From NCBI GenBank assembly GCA_913009335.1, contig CAJVXN010000003.1:3899-67898 (forward strand): a DNA stretch of 64,000 bases. Direction: 5' to 3'. The DNA comes from an uncultured bacterium (GTDB taxonomy: Bacteria > Omnitrophota > Gorgyraeia > Ghiorseimicrobiales > Ghiorseimicrobiaceae). The notes beneath the pieces were generated by a model. It saw only the letters and a program-made list of their open reading frames with translations, had not been told where the DNA came from and did no database searches. The translations under genes and the position numbers were made by a program. This document shows, one piece after another, positions 1 to 10,292 of the stretch; the stretch's first letter is position 1; every line of letters begins with the position of its first letter.

Positions 1-950
1 GTAAAACGAAGTATATCTCTAGATACGCGGGCAAGATCCTGATGTCTTTCTCGCTCCTCTTTCAAGAGTATAGCCTCAGCATGGCTTTTTAATCTCATAT
101 AAATAAACGGACCTATTCCGGCAAGTACCATACCTATGCCTAAAATAACAAACCACCATCTATCGCTAAATGCTCCTACTAAATAAGGCTTAGCAACCTT
201 AACAATTAAAAAAGGAATCCCTAATACAAAAGTATAAACAAATGCAAAAATACCTGCGCGAGTAATAGCAACACGAATATCCATGAGTTGATGACGAACA
301 ATAATATAGGCCGTAATAAGACTAAAGAGCGCAACTAAAAGATTATCTGTAGGGGGAGATGCTACACTAAGAACTAAAGCCAAATACATACTTGCTGCTA
401 CAAAAATTATAACAAGAGATACCATCATATATTTTAACTGCTCCTTCATATACGCGGATGTGCGCTCTTGAAGTGCCTTAATTAAAACATAGAATGGATA
501 CAAACCACAAAAGGCAAAATAAGCTAAATACACATACCAAACAGGACCAGGTACAGCAATATAACGGAAAGGAAACTTATGCTGAACGTCTCTTATAAAA
601 AACGGACGCAGACTCGGCACAAGATTCATGATTAGAAATGTAAAAGATAATAAATATAATACGGTGATTATTTTTTTTCTTTTTTTCTGCGCTACCAACA
701 AGCTAACATGCAAAAAGAACGTAGGCGCAAAAGAAGCTCCTGTATAAAGAAACCTATCCCAAAACAAAGCAGTTGCTTGAGTAGTAACCGAACTTTCTCT
801 GAAACACCCAAAAACCCAGAGAAAGATACTAATACTCATTAAACAAAATAATTTGTTTAACGGCCTATTTCTATTTTGCAAATATACAAAAATTCCTAAA
901 AAGAGGGTTGAGGTAGAGCCAAATAAAGATGTGATAGCGTATATATTCAT
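1..950 (-). CDS. Sensor histidine kinase, N-terminal 7TM region (partial, runs off window start)
   Basis: Manual translation from ATG at 950: MNIYAITSLFGSTSTLFLGIFVYLQ...VPGPVWY...HQLMDIRVAITRAGIFAFVY; clearly paralogous to the 5450-7612 kinase; absent from the ORF track because truncated. Confidence 0.85.
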   Translation of the reverse strand, partial: MNIYAITSLFGSTSTLFLGIFVYLQNRNRPLNKLFCLMSISIFLWVFGCFRESSVTTQATALFWDRFLYTGASFAPTFFLHVSLLVAQKKRKKIITVLYLLSFTFLIMNLVPSLRPFFIRDVQHKFPFRYIAVPGPVWYVYLAYFAFCGLYPFYVLIKALQERTSAYMKEQLKYMMVSLVIIFVAASMYLALVLSVASPPTDNLLVALFSLITAYIIVRHQLMDIRVAITRAGIFAFVYTFVLGIPFLIVKVAKPYLVGAFSDRWWFVILGIGMVLAGIGPFIYMRLKSHAEAILLKEERERHQDLARVSRDILRF

Positions 951-983
951 TCTGTCGCGTAGATCCGTTTACATGATACAGAC

Positions 984-2534
984 TTAACGGATTGTTCTGC
1001 AAACTCCCTGCAGATGAGAAGTCTTCTGCCAAAAATAATTCATTTCTCCAAAAGGCCCACCGCTCCTATTCGTTCCGCCATGAGTCGAAATATAATGCGA
1101 AAAACCCGCATGTCTTGCATTAATCCTTAATATGCCGCAATTATCCAATTCTTTTGCGAACTTTCGGGTAAATTTTCCGGATTTAACCCATAAAGAAACT
1201 CTTAAGCCGTAATTATGATCATTTACCATATCAACCATTTTATTAAAAATCTCTTCGTTACTACCGCTAGCTTTTATTAGTGGTAAAAGAGGAAAGAAAA
1301 TCTCTTCATTAATACATAACATTTTCTTCGCTTTCTCAACATCCTCAATTTGAATTAATGTAGGTTGAACATAAGATCCTTTATTGTCTAGTTCTCCAAG
1401 ATAATTTACTCTTTTCCCACCACAAATTAAACTAGCGCCTTTCGATAAAGCATCTTCAAGGAATAAAAAGTATTCTTTAATTTTCGATACAGGACTCAAT
1501 AATGTTTCCTTATCTGATGGTAGAGCTATTTTTAAGGCTTTCACTTTATTAGTAAATATTTCTTTAAAATCAGAAAATGCCTTCTCATGAATTAAACCAA
1601 TTTTAGGCATCATGCAAACCTGCGTAGAACCTAAAAACCCTTCAATCAATGAATCTGCGGCCTTTTCTAAATCACCATCCTCCCAAACCATTAAGATATC
1701 ATTTCCGGAAAGCTCAAGTATTGGCTTTTTATTCGCTTTATATATCCGGGCTCCTTCTTCTATGCCCTTCTTACTATCACCAAAAAGTATAATATCGTTT
1801 ACAAAATCGTGCTCAAGCCACTCATCCATTAGCTTCTTTGAATTTCCGATAACGATATTTAATAATCCCGAGGGTGTATTATATTTTTTCAATATTTTCG
1901 CGATTATTTCTTTCCAAAGAAAAAGAGTAGATACAGGAGTCTTTAAAGGAGGTTTGACAATTAAAGCATTACCGACTAAAAATACTAAAATAGCATTAAA
2001 AGAATTACTTGCTGCGGCACTACGAGGAGGGTTAATACAAACCACGCCATCAGGCCTTCTTGCAGAATATAAAATTTCGTTAGAGTCTTTACCAATTTCT
2101 TTTTGTATTAGAGTACAATAGTAATTTACTGTTTCAGGGCTACTACCAATTCGCATGCCCTCAAATTCCCATTCTGCTAATTTTCGTGAATGGGCTTCGA
2201 AAGTTAAAATATCCAAAAATTCTTCCTTGCGCTCAATAAGTGCTTTATTTATATCTACCAACATATTTCGCCGAATAGAAAGAGGAAACTTACGAAACTC
2301 TTTAAAAGCCCGTTGCGCTGATTTCATCGCAGTTAAATTGGTATCTTCTTTATTTATACAATATCGCGCATATATATATTGATCTACATTATCAGGAATT
2401 TTCCCTTTCCTTAATCCCCTCATTACTTCTTTCATCGAAGAAAAATCAGTAATCACCTTATCCGCATAAGGATAATAATCATAAATACCAGTATCTAAAT
2501 CCTTGCCATCTATTAACAACGTGAATTCTTTCAT
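984..2534 (-). CDS. Aldehyde dehydrogenase family protein (atypical motifs)
   Basis: ILELSGND (catalytic Glu region), GSTQVC (catalytic Cys), EEIFFP, HNYGL, GGT..SG..GE. Confidence 0.85.
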   Translation of the reverse strand: MKEFTLLIDGKDLDTGIYDYYPYADKVITDFSSMKEVMRGLRKGKIPDNVDQYIYARYCINKEDTNLTAMKSAQRAFKEFRKFPLSIRRNMLVDINKALIERKEEFLDILTFEAHSRKLAEWEFEGMRIGSSPETVNYYCTLIQKEIGKDSNEILYSARRPDGVVCINPPRSAAASNSFNAILVFLVGNALIVKPPLKTPVSTLFLWKEIIAKILKKYNTPSGLLNIVIGNSKKLMDEWLEHDFVNDIILFGDSKKGIEEGARIYKANKKPILELSGNDILMVWEDGDLEKAADSLIEGFLGSTQVCMMPKIGLIHEKAFSDFKEIFTNKVKALKIALPSDKETLLSPVSKIKEYFLFLEDALSKGASLICGGKRVNYLGELDNKGSYVQPTLIQIEDVEKAKKMLCINEEIFFPLLPLIKASGSNEEIFNKMVDMVNDHNYGLRVSLWVKSGKFTRKFAKELDNCGILRINARHAGFSHYISTHGGTNRSGGPFGEMNYFWQKTSHLQGVCRTIR

Positions 2535-2557
2535 GCTATTAACGCCTCCACAAATTA

Positions 2558-4459
2558 TTAAGCATTTATATTATAATCTGTCACAAGCTCATTTATAAGA
2601 TCTTTAACTGAAACTATTTTATCTATTCTGTCAGCGTTTGCGCCTGCCATTACAAAACCATCATCCAGATTTCCGCGATAGGCATTTACTAACGCATTGG
2701 CAATACAATAATTTGCCGCATATGGATCACATGTTCTTAAGCACCTATAAGGACAGGTAAATTTTATCTTTTCCCCTGATTCAATCCTTTCAACAAATTT
2801 ATTTCGTATTACTCTTGCCGGCATACCGACCGGACTAAGAACTACAATTGTGTCATCTTTTCCGCATTTTAAATAAGCTTCCTTGTATTCCTTAGATACA
2901 TCGCACTCATTGGTGCAAACAAAACGAGTAGCCATTTGTACACCACTTGCTCCTAATTTCAACATTTTAGCTATATCTTTACCGGTAAATATCCCACCTG
3001 CTGCTATTACAGGAATTTTCTTACCAGATTCTGATTCAAACTTTTTAACAACATTTAAAACCTCTAGCAATAAATCTTCAAGAGATGGTGCTTCCTCAGT
3101 TATAATTTCTCCGAATTTAAAACCAATATGCCCGCCCGCAAGAGGACCTTCTAAAACTAGCGCATCAGGCGCTCGATTATAACGCCTTAGCCAAGTTTTA
3201 CAAATCAATTCTGTTGCTCTACCCGACGAAACAATTGGAATAAATTTTGTTTTTGAATCTCTAGATAGAGAAGGTAAATGAAGCGGCAATCCTGCACCTG
3301 AGATAATAGCCCCTACCTCTTCTTCAATTGCGACTTTCGCTAAATCATCATAATTAGTAAGAGCGCACATTATATTTACACCAAACGGTTTTGAAGTAAG
3401 ATGCTTAGTCTCTTTTATCATTTCCCTAAAAGATAATTTAGACCTTTCTTCATATGTTAGATCCTGCGGTCCTTCTTCTCCTAATCCAACACTAGCAATC
3501 ACCCCAACCGCCCCCTCATTAGATACAGCAGCAGCCAATGACGCAGTTGAGACTCTCACGCCCATTCCTCCCTGAATTATTGGAGGATTTATAACAAGAT
3601 CACCTATAACTAAATCCGGTAATTTTTTCTTCGTCATACAGCAGCCCATCCTTCCCTTGTAAAACACATACATTCCCCAGGGATCAATTTCTGTATTAAT
3701 ATCAGAGTACCCGAGATCTACTAACCATTTTTCAATCAGTTTCGGATCCCTATAAAACAATTTCCATTCTTTCCCGCTTTTTGTTATGCCGACTTTCTCT
3801 ATTAATTTACGATTTGGGCTATCACGTTGAGTTATAAATAATAGAAGTCCGCCAGGTTCTAGATAATCTTTAATTGTTTTTAAAGAAGATACGACTGATT
3901 CATCATCTAAATATTCATACAAACCGGATGAGATAACTACATTAGGCGACCAACCTCTTTTTTCTGAAAGTCGCTTATGATGAGACCCGATACGCAAAAT
4001 ATTAGATTTTCTATACAGCATGGGTCGATTACCCGCCATCTTCCTCCCATGGTCGAGAGAATGTTTATCGATATCTAAGCATAAAACCTCTATGCGATCT
4101 TTCATATCATCAGTTATAAGCTCAACTAGATATCTTGCAGGACCGGAGGCAAGATCCACGATACGTGTTTTTTTATTTTTGGCTATATTTTTATTTATTT
4201 CATCTTTTAATATGCTAATTACTTTGTCTTTTCTATATCTAGTTGCTTTAGCTGCCGGTAAATTAAGAAGAATTCTGTCTATTATTCTACCTAATTTCGT
4301 ATATCCTTTTGCCTCATTAGAATATATATGATCGAAATTTATTCCTGAGTCTGCGTATCCAAACATACTCTTTCTGCCCAGACGACTTGAGAAAATAAGC
4401 GGCTTTACAATCCGCTTATAAAAAAAATCTTCTATTTTTCCTAAAATAGGTAAACTCAT
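2558..4459 (-). CDS. Fusion of class I SAM methyltransferase (YnbC-C/PhcB-like) and nitronate monooxygenase/FabK-like flavoenzyme
   Basis: N half: GYADSG..FDHIY, VDLASGPARY, SSGLYEY; C half: PIIQGGMG, SGAGLP, EGPLAGGH, AAGGI, GVQMATRF. Confidence 0.8.
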   Translation of the reverse strand: MSLPILGKIEDFFYKRIVKPLIFSSRLGRKSMFGYADSGINFDHIYSNEAKGYTKLGRIIDRILLNLPAAKATRYRKDKVISILKDEINKNIAKNKKTRIVDLASGPARYLVELITDDMKDRIEVLCLDIDKHSLDHGRKMAGNRPMLYRKSNILRIGSHHKRLSEKRGWSPNVVISSGLYEYLDDESVVSSLKTIKDYLEPGGLLLFITQRDSPNRKLIEKVGITKSGKEWKLFYRDPKLIEKWLVDLGYSDINTEIDPWGMYVFYKGRMGCCMTKKKLPDLVIGDLVINPPIIQGGMGVRVSTASLAAAVSNEGAVGVIASVGLGEEGPQDLTYEERSKLSFREMIKETKHLTSKPFGVNIMCALTNYDDLAKVAIEEEVGAIISGAGLPLHLPSLSRDSKTKFIPIVSSGRATELICKTWLRRYNRAPDALVLEGPLAGGHIGFKFGEIITEEAPSLEDLLLEVLNVVKKFESESGKKIPVIAAGGIFTGKDIAKMLKLGASGVQMATRFVCTNECDVSKEYKEAYLKCGKDDTIVVLSPVGMPARVIRNKFVERIESGEKIKFTCPYRCLRTCDPYAANYCIANALVNAYRGNLDDGFVMAGANADRIDKIVSVKDLINELVTDYNINA

Positions 4460-5034
4460 TTCCCTATAGCCTTTTTTACTGCCTGCAACAACGCTTTAAT
4501 ATCAAACGGCTTCTCAATATAATCTGATGCTTTTAATCTTAAAGCCTCCCTATATATATCTTCCTGCGCATACGCTGAGATAAAAATCTCAGGAACCAAA
4601 GGTTTATCATTCTCTGCCAAATACGCTCTAAGCTTCTCAACAGTCTCTATCCCGTTCATTTTCGGCATCTTAAGGTCCGATATAATTAAATCAAAGGTTT
4701 CTTTGGCTATTGTTTTCAAAGCCTCTTCCCCGCCGGATGCTATAGACACCTTGTATCCTTCTTTAACTAATAGTCTTTTTAAAGTTTTAAGAATGAGCCT
4801 ATCATCATCGATAACTAAAATATGCGTGGACGATACTTTATCCTCTTTATCTTCGTTAAGCCTATTCCCGGCAACAAACCCATCATGAGAATCTCCATAT
4901 TCTTCAAAATAATTATTCCGCCTCTGATGAAAAATATCTCCCCAGCTATCTTCGCGAATAATATGTTTTTTTTCTTCTTCTATCCATATATCTACAAAAT
5001 AATTACTGCATTTATCTGATAAACCATAACCCAT
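4456..5034 (-). CDS. Response regulator receiver with ~70-aa N-terminal extension
   Basis: ILVIDDD, DLKMPKMNG, YIEKPF; AGGAG RBS before ATG 5034. Confidence 0.9.
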   Translation of the reverse strand: MGYGLSDKCSNYFVDIWIEEEKKHIIREDSWGDIFHQRRNNYFEEYGDSHDGFVAGNRLNEDKEDKVSSTHILVIDDDRLILKTLKRLLVKEGYKVSIASGGEEALKTIAKETFDLIISDLKMPKMNGIETVEKLRAYLAENDKPLVPEIFISAYAQEDIYREALRLKASDYIEKPFDIKALLQAVKKAIGK

Positions 5035-5051
5035 TATCTACTCCTTTTTAT

Positions 5052-5426
5052 TTATTTACCTAAATTTTTCCGCACAAGATTTAAAAACTCTGTAATATCA
5101 AAAGGTTTATATATATAATCAGCTACATTTAATTCCTCCGCCTGCTTTAAACTTTCATCGCTGGCGTATCCGGTTATAAGGATTTCCGGAGTAGGTTTCC
5201 TTACAATCTCGCGAAGCTTCTTAATTATCTCTATACCATCCATCTCCGGCATTCGTATATCGGCTATAATAAGATCAAAACCAGACTCTTTAATCTTAAC
5301 CTTTTCTATAGCATCAATGCCGCTTTCTGCAATAGTAACATTATAACCCTGCTTCTTAAGTAATCGTCTTATACTCTCAGTAACCAGCTGCTCATCATCT
5401 ATTACTAAAATATGCTTTGGTATCAT
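5052..5426 (-). CDS. Single-domain response regulator
   Basis: ILVIDDE, DIRMPEMDG, ITGY, YKPF. Confidence 0.92.
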   Translation of the reverse strand: MIPKHILVIDDEQLVTESIRRLLKKQGYNVTIAESGIDAIEKVKIKESGFDLIIADIRMPEMDGIEIIKKLREIVRKPTPEILITGYASDESLKQAEELNVADYIYKPFDITEFLNLVRKNLGK

Positions 5427-5449
5427 AAAAACTTACCCTATATTGAAAT

Positions 5450-7612
5450 TTAATTCTTGCTTACTACCGGTACCTCTACTGTAGGCAGTTTTACTGTAAA
5501 CACAGACCCGCTATCAGCTACACAGCGGGCAGAGATTGTACCCTTATGCTTCTCAACAATTGCCTGACATATTGAAAGCCCCAATCCAAGGCCCTTACCG
5601 ACATCTTTGGTAGTAAAAAACGGGTCAAATATCTTTAATACTATTTCATCGGGAATACCCGCTCCCTCATCTTCAACCTCAAGCTTTATCCAGTCTTTAT
5701 TTTTTGAAAGAGTGATACGAACATTACCACCCTTTTTTATTTTCTTAATAGCATCTTTTGCATTCAATATCAGGTTTGTTATAACCTGTTCAAATTCATT
5801 TTGAGTACCTTTTACAGTGTAAGTGCCATTTTTAATCTCAGGAATTATCTTTATATCTTCCTGCTCCAGCTGGTAACTCAAAAATGTAATTACGCCTTGG
5901 AGCGATTTTTTTAAATCAACATCGGCAATACTCGAAGTCTCCATAGGCTTTCTGGAATATACCATTAATTTCTGTACAATCTTGCGGCATCGTTTGGTCG
6001 CTTCTTCTATAAGCTCAAGAGACTCTTTATCCGGATTATCGTTGTCTTCACAATCCATAAGCATCATCTGCACATTGGTTAATACCGCGGTCAAAGGATT
6101 ATTTATCTCATGAGCTACCCCGCCGGCAAGTGTTCCAACTGTGGCAAGTTTCTCAGCCTGAACAAGCTGTTTCTGTACATCCATCAATTCTTTTGTCCTC
6201 TGCTGTACTTCCCTTTCTATATTCCCATACAATAAGGCATTCTCAATGGCCAAAGCGGAATCCCCCGCCAAAACAGAAAAATTATTCAAATCTTCGGAGC
6301 CATACATCCTCCCCGAAAGTTTATCTCCCAATATAATAACATCTAATAACTTACCATCTAAAAAACCCGGCACGGCTATCGCGGCATTTAAATTAAACAT
6401 TTCTTCTCTTAAATTCTTAAAAATAGGGTTGAGGCTAGCTTCGGACTTACTCTTTATCTCCTCATAGACCAAAGACTCTTTTTTACTTTCAAACCACGTC
6501 ATTAATGTGCTTTTCTTGTCTATAGAAGCTGGCTGGTCTTTTTTTAAATTAATCCCTGTCTTAAAAATAAACTGTTCAGTCTTTGCGTCCCATAAATATA
6601 TTGCTGAATGAGTTATGCGCACTGAATCAGTAATAGTATGGGTGATAAAATCTAGTAACTCCGGCAGATTGCGGATACGCGTCATATCCACTGAAGCCGC
6701 TTTTAATATTTCCTGGTAACGCCGTTGTTCCCTAAATAAAATAGCTAGCGCCCGTTTTTCAAGATAAACATAAACAAACGGCCCGCATATACCTAAACCA
6801 ACCATTAATAGCATCGGCCCAATCCACCAGGCAGCCCCTAAAAACTCAACCAACTGGCTTCTCCCTAAGGTCGCGAGCAAAAACGGCAATCCCAAAACCA
6901 GCGCATAAACCGCCACAAATACACCTGTTCTGGTAATTGTCACTGTAATATCCATAAGGCGATATTTAATAATAGCGTAGGCAATCAGGCTGACATACAA
7001 AATAAGTAATAAATCGTGGGGGAAAGGCTCTTTATTAAAATACGCCGCGCAAAAATGAAGCAATCCGCTAATAACTCCCAACACAAAAGAAAAAAAGATA
7101 ATTTTTAACTGGTTACGATAATATCCGCTTGCATTCTTAAATTCAGAAAAAATACTCCATAAAATAAAACTAAAACTGACAGTAAATCCAACCACAAATA
7201 ACAGATATAAAGGGCCCGGAACAACAGAAAAATGAGGAGCAAAACGATTTACTCCCCGTATAAAAAACGGACTAAAACTAAACAGAAGAAATACGGCAGA
7301 AAAACAATACCCTAAAATTAATATCTTTTTATCCTTAGACGATAATTTTTGCTTAACAGCAGCCGCAAAACGTATCCAGACAACAGGCGTAAAGATAGCA
7401 GGAATATAGACTAGACGAGTAACAAATAACATTAAGGCTGGATCATCAATTCTACTCGCCAGGAAAGGAAAAGAGGTCCATAAGCCGGTAACAAAGATGG
7501 CAATACCAAAAGATCGGCACTTTATATCCCTGTACCGTCTTATAAAGATAAACGCTCCCAACGTTAAACAGAAAATAAAGGCAAATAATGAAGAAATACT
7601 ATAAATATTCAA
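5450..7612 (-). CDS. 7TM-GAF sensor histidine kinase
   Basis: Multiple TM helices, GAF-like middle, [12 protein letters not shown]-box, [26 protein letters not shown]. Confidence 0.93.
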   Translation of the reverse strand: MNIYSISSLFAFIFCLTLGAFIFIRRYRDIKCRSFGIAIFVTGLWTSFPFLASRIDDPALMLFVTRLVYIPAIFTPVVWIRFAAAVKQKLSSKDKKILILGYCFSAVFLLFSFSPFFIRGVNRFAPHFSVVPGPLYLLFVVGFTVSFSFILWSIFSEFKNASGYYRNQLKIIFFSFVLGVISGLLHFCAAYFNKEPFPHDLLLILYVSLIAYAIIKYRLMDITVTITRTGVFVAVYALVLGLPFLLATLGRSQLVEFLGAAWWIGPMLLMVGLGICGPFVYVYLEKRALAILFREQRRYQEILKAASVDMTRIRNLPELLDFITHTITDSVRITHSAIYLWDAKTEQFIFKTGINLKKDQPASIDKKSTLMTWFESKKESLVYEEIKSKSEASLNPIFKNLREEMFNLNAAIAVPGFLDGKLLDVIILGDKLSGRMYGSEDLNNFSVLAGDSALAIENALLYGNIEREVQQRTKELMDVQKQLVQAEKLATVGTLAGGVAHEINNPLTAVLTNVQMMLMDCEDNDNPDKESLELIEEATKRCRKIVQKLMVYSRKPMETSSIADVDLKKSLQGVITFLSYQLEQEDIKIIPEIKNGTYTVKGTQNEFEQVITNLILNAKDAIKKIKKGGNVRITLSKNKDWIKLEVEDEGAGIPDEIVLKIFDPFFTTKDVGKGLGLGLSICQAIVEKHKGTISARCVADSGSVFTVKLPTVEVPVVSKN

Positions 7613-7623
7613 TTTTCTCTCTC

Positions 7624-9195
7624 TTATCTATTAACTGCACACATTTTTATCTTCTCAAATGTTGTCTCATCTATACGCTTGTTACCCCAATAAAAATCAG
7701 AAATACCAAAACCGTGTTTTTTACCTAAAGCGGTTATCTCTTCTATTTTTTCAGGCGTAATATTTCCTCTTCCGAAACTAAAGCTTTCGTAGCGCTTCTC
7801 CAACGCTAGAATAATCGCTTCACAGAAACACCCATAACTTACCCCTGCGTCAGGCAAACCTATATCAATCGGTATTTCAATCTTCGTAGGCGTTTTTGCA
7901 AGGCCCCCTGAAAAAACAAGGATATCATCCCTTGTTGTAGGAGCATAGGATATATTTTTCGGATACCCTACATCACAAATTATCGAACCCGGCTTAAACC
8001 AATCAATCTTAAGTATAGAAGCAGTAGCGCTTGCCGCGGCAATTACTATATCCGCATCGTTTATCGCTGACTGGTTATCCGTAGTAGCTACAATACGTGC
8101 TTTACGTTTCTTAGCCAGCTCAGACCTTAAACTACGCAGATTAGACTTTGTCCGTCCGGTAACAGCAAGTTCTCTCACCTTGCCTGCCAGCACTCGCGCG
8201 CAGCCGCTGCCGATATCACCTGTCCCGCCGACTATGGCCACTTTTAAATCTTTTAAATCTTTACCTAAAAGCTTAACTGCTCGCTCTACTGCCTCTATTA
8301 TCAAGGCAACCGTATAGGTATTGCCTGTTGTAATAGCGATATCTACCTCTTCATTTATCTGTTGGCCAAGTCTCTCTCCCACAATAGAGGTAAACCCTCC
8401 TAATGTTACGATACCAACACCATGTTTCTCTGCTATTTTACATGCTCTTACTACCTTTGAATAAACTCCGTGAAGATCACTAGACAACATCTCAGGAACA
8501 AATGTACAAACAATAAAACATCCGGAAGTTGTAACACCTATCTTTGATTTAAATTCCTTCATCTCGTGTATCTTAAAAGAAGGAGTCATGGTAAAAAGCT
8601 TAGTTAAGAATTCTTCCGAAGGCATCTTAAAATCCGGATTCATAGTTTTAAGACAGCGCGCTAAATGATTAAAGTTATAGAAATGCCCCAATACACCAAA
8701 ACCTGCCAGCTTTGTAAGATTACCCTGTTTAAAACTAGCATACTTAATCGAAATCAAACGACGCTCCCATGCACCCAACATTGCCGCAAAGTTTTTAGCC
8801 AGCATATTCCTGATATATTCATCCGCGAATTCTTTAATCGCAGGTATACCCACTCTTAAATGAACGCTTACAACAACTTCCGTACCTTCGGGATGATCGT
8901 TAAATTTCCATTCGCCGTAAAATTCCTGCAGGTCGCCTTCTATTGCTTTAAACGAAATTACATTTCCTCTAAGCTCTAAAGTATCTTCCTCCACCCAGCT
9001 TATCGGTACTCCATCGACCTGTACGCGCCACTTTGTCTTCATCGTATTGTGCTTACGACTCAACACCTTAGCCTCTTTTACGGTAGGCATATAACTAGGA
9101 AATTCCCAAACACGGGTTGCGAGACGAATTATACTAGATTTCTGCGCGTGTATAACTTTTGATATATTTATATGTATTAAATCATCCTTCGGCAT
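7624..9195 (-). CDS. SRPBCC/START-domain fused long-chain acyl-ACP reductase (AAR)-like protein
   Basis: N-term cyclase/START-like (WEFPSYMP, EGDL..FYGEW); C-term FGVLGH, FVPEML, LGGFTSI, TTGNTYT, VGGTGDIGS, GYPKN, CFCEA, FSFGRGNIT as in cyanobacterial AAR. Confidence 0.82.
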   Translation of the reverse strand: MPKDDLIHINISKVIHAQKSSIIRLATRVWEFPSYMPTVKEAKVLSRKHNTMKTKWRVQVDGVPISWVEEDTLELRGNVISFKAIEGDLQEFYGEWKFNDHPEGTEVVVSVHLRVGIPAIKEFADEYIRNMLAKNFAAMLGAWERRLISIKYASFKQGNLTKLAGFGVLGHFYNFNHLARCLKTMNPDFKMPSEEFLTKLFTMTPSFKIHEMKEFKSKIGVTTSGCFIVCTFVPEMLSSDLHGVYSKVVRACKIAEKHGVGIVTLGGFTSIVGERLGQQINEEVDIAITTGNTYTVALIIEAVERAVKLLGKDLKDLKVAIVGGTGDIGSGCARVLAGKVRELAVTGRTKSNLRSLRSELAKKRKARIVATTDNQSAINDADIVIAAASATASILKIDWFKPGSIICDVGYPKNISYAPTTRDDILVFSGGLAKTPTKIEIPIDIGLPDAGVSYGCFCEAIILALEKRYESFSFGRGNITPEKIEEITALGKKHGFGISDFYWGNKRIDETTFEKIKMCAVNR

Positions 9196-9778
9196 CGATT
9201 AACTCCTTTACGGCTTTTCTGATTTTAAAGATTCCTTCCTGTAAACTTATATCATCAATTAAATCACCAAATTCCTTAAGCAAATACAGTGGTTTACCTA
9301 TTTTTAACGTGATAGGTACGAATTTAGGTAATTTAGCTCTCCTAGGAAGAGCCTCATAAGTACCTAAAATCGCGCAGGGAACTATTGGCCTGCCTGTCTT
9401 AACCGCAAGTAAAGCTACCCCTCTCCTGAATTCAGAAAGGGTTCCGTCCTTGCTTAATCTCCCTTCGGGAAATAAACCTACGTTCTTATTCTGCATCAAT
9501 AAAGAAATGGCCTTATCCGATGAACGACCGCTCGGAAGAGCCTCAACACTTTTAAAAAACCACCTAAGCCACGCTATCTTATAAAAACCTCGAAAGGCAA
9601 TACAAGAGATCTTCTTTGGCATTGTTGCCATAATAACTAGGCCGTCCAGATAGCTTGCATGATTCGCAACTACTATAAAATTGCTTTTCTTGGGCAGATT
9701 TTCTTTCCCTTCTACCTTAAGCCGAAAGAACACCTTAAGTATAATTAAAAATATTGCTTTAAATATCCAATATAACAT
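9182..9778 (-). CDS. plsC: 1-acyl-sn-glycerol-3-phosphate acyltransferase family
   Basis: NHASYLD (HX4D), FPEGR, PIVP motifs. Confidence 0.88.
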   Translation of the reverse strand: MLYWIFKAIFLIILKVFFRLKVEGKENLPKKSNFIVVANHASYLDGLVIMATMPKKISCIAFRGFYKIAWLRWFFKSVEALPSGRSSDKAISLLMQNKNVGLFPEGRLSKDGTLSEFRRGVALLAVKTGRPIVPCAILGTYEALPRRAKLPKFVPITLKIGKPLYLLKEFGDLIDDISLQEGIFKIRKAVKELIDAEG

Positions 9779-10039
9779 TTACCCCGTTAGAGATAGGAAA
9801 CGCTTTAATCTATTTTTAAGATAGCGTTTACCCATGCCTGTTTTTAAGTATCTTTCTCTATCAAGCGCATCATCTTTATTCTTACTTGCCTCGTAATATA
9901 TTAGTTCAAAAGGGCCTCGGTTCTTAGTAGACACTACCTTACTTTGCTCATGTTCCTTAAAGCGTTTCCGTAAGTTACCCGTTGTTCCTGTATACCATTT
10001 ATTATCTGCTAAGCTTCTAATTATATAAACATAATACAT
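9779..10039 (-). CDS. Small GIY-YIG nuclease
   Basis: YYVYII...WYTGTT.NL.KRF.EH, ELIYYE, ERYLK; last codons (LSLTG) lie in the inverted repeat. Confidence 0.88.
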   Translation of the reverse strand: MYYVYIIRSLADNKWYTGTTGNLRKRFKEHEQSKVVSTKNRGPFELIYYEASKNKDDALDRERYLKTGMGKRYLKNRLKRFLSLTG

Positions 10040-10060
10040 AAGTTGTTATCTCTAACGGGG
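9782..10060. mobile_element. GIY-YIG gene bracketed by CCCCGTTAGAGATA inverted repeats
   Basis: CCCCGTTAGAGATA at 9782 and TATCTCTAACGGGG ending 10060; flanks TTTA / TCCA are not a perfect duplication. Confidence 0.7.
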
Positions 10061-10276
10061 TCCAGCCTTAAAGTTTGCTTTTATATTATTTTTTTGGCGG
10101 CTATAGTTCTCCTTCTCCTCTATCCAAGCATCAATGGAAGACTTTTTAAAGCGCCAGTGTTTCCCTACCTTCATCGCCGGAATTTGTCCCGCGCGCGACC
10201 AGAAATAAAGTGTCTGCTTTGGAATTTTTAAATAACTACTTACTTCTTCGATTGTAAGAATTTTATCTTCTGACAT
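10052..10276 (-). CDS. Excisionase-family (HTH_17) DNA-binding protein
   Basis: ILTIEEVSSYLKIPKQTLY..GQIPAMKVGKHWRF; stop codon supplied by the inverted repeat. Confidence 0.85.
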   Translation of the reverse strand: MSEDKILTIEEVSSYLKIPKQTLYFWSRAGQIPAMKVGKHWRFKKSSIDAWIEEKENYSRQKNNIKANFKAGPR

Positions 10277-10292
10277 AATTATTTCCCTCTCA

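Noticed and set aside
984-9195. Alkane biosynthesis or lux operon
   Set aside because: No ADO, LuxAB, LuxD or LuxE recognisable in the window
10052-10276. Prophage or ICE marked by an excisionase
   Set aside because: No integrase or phage genes nearby; HTH_17 is more likely an operon regulator
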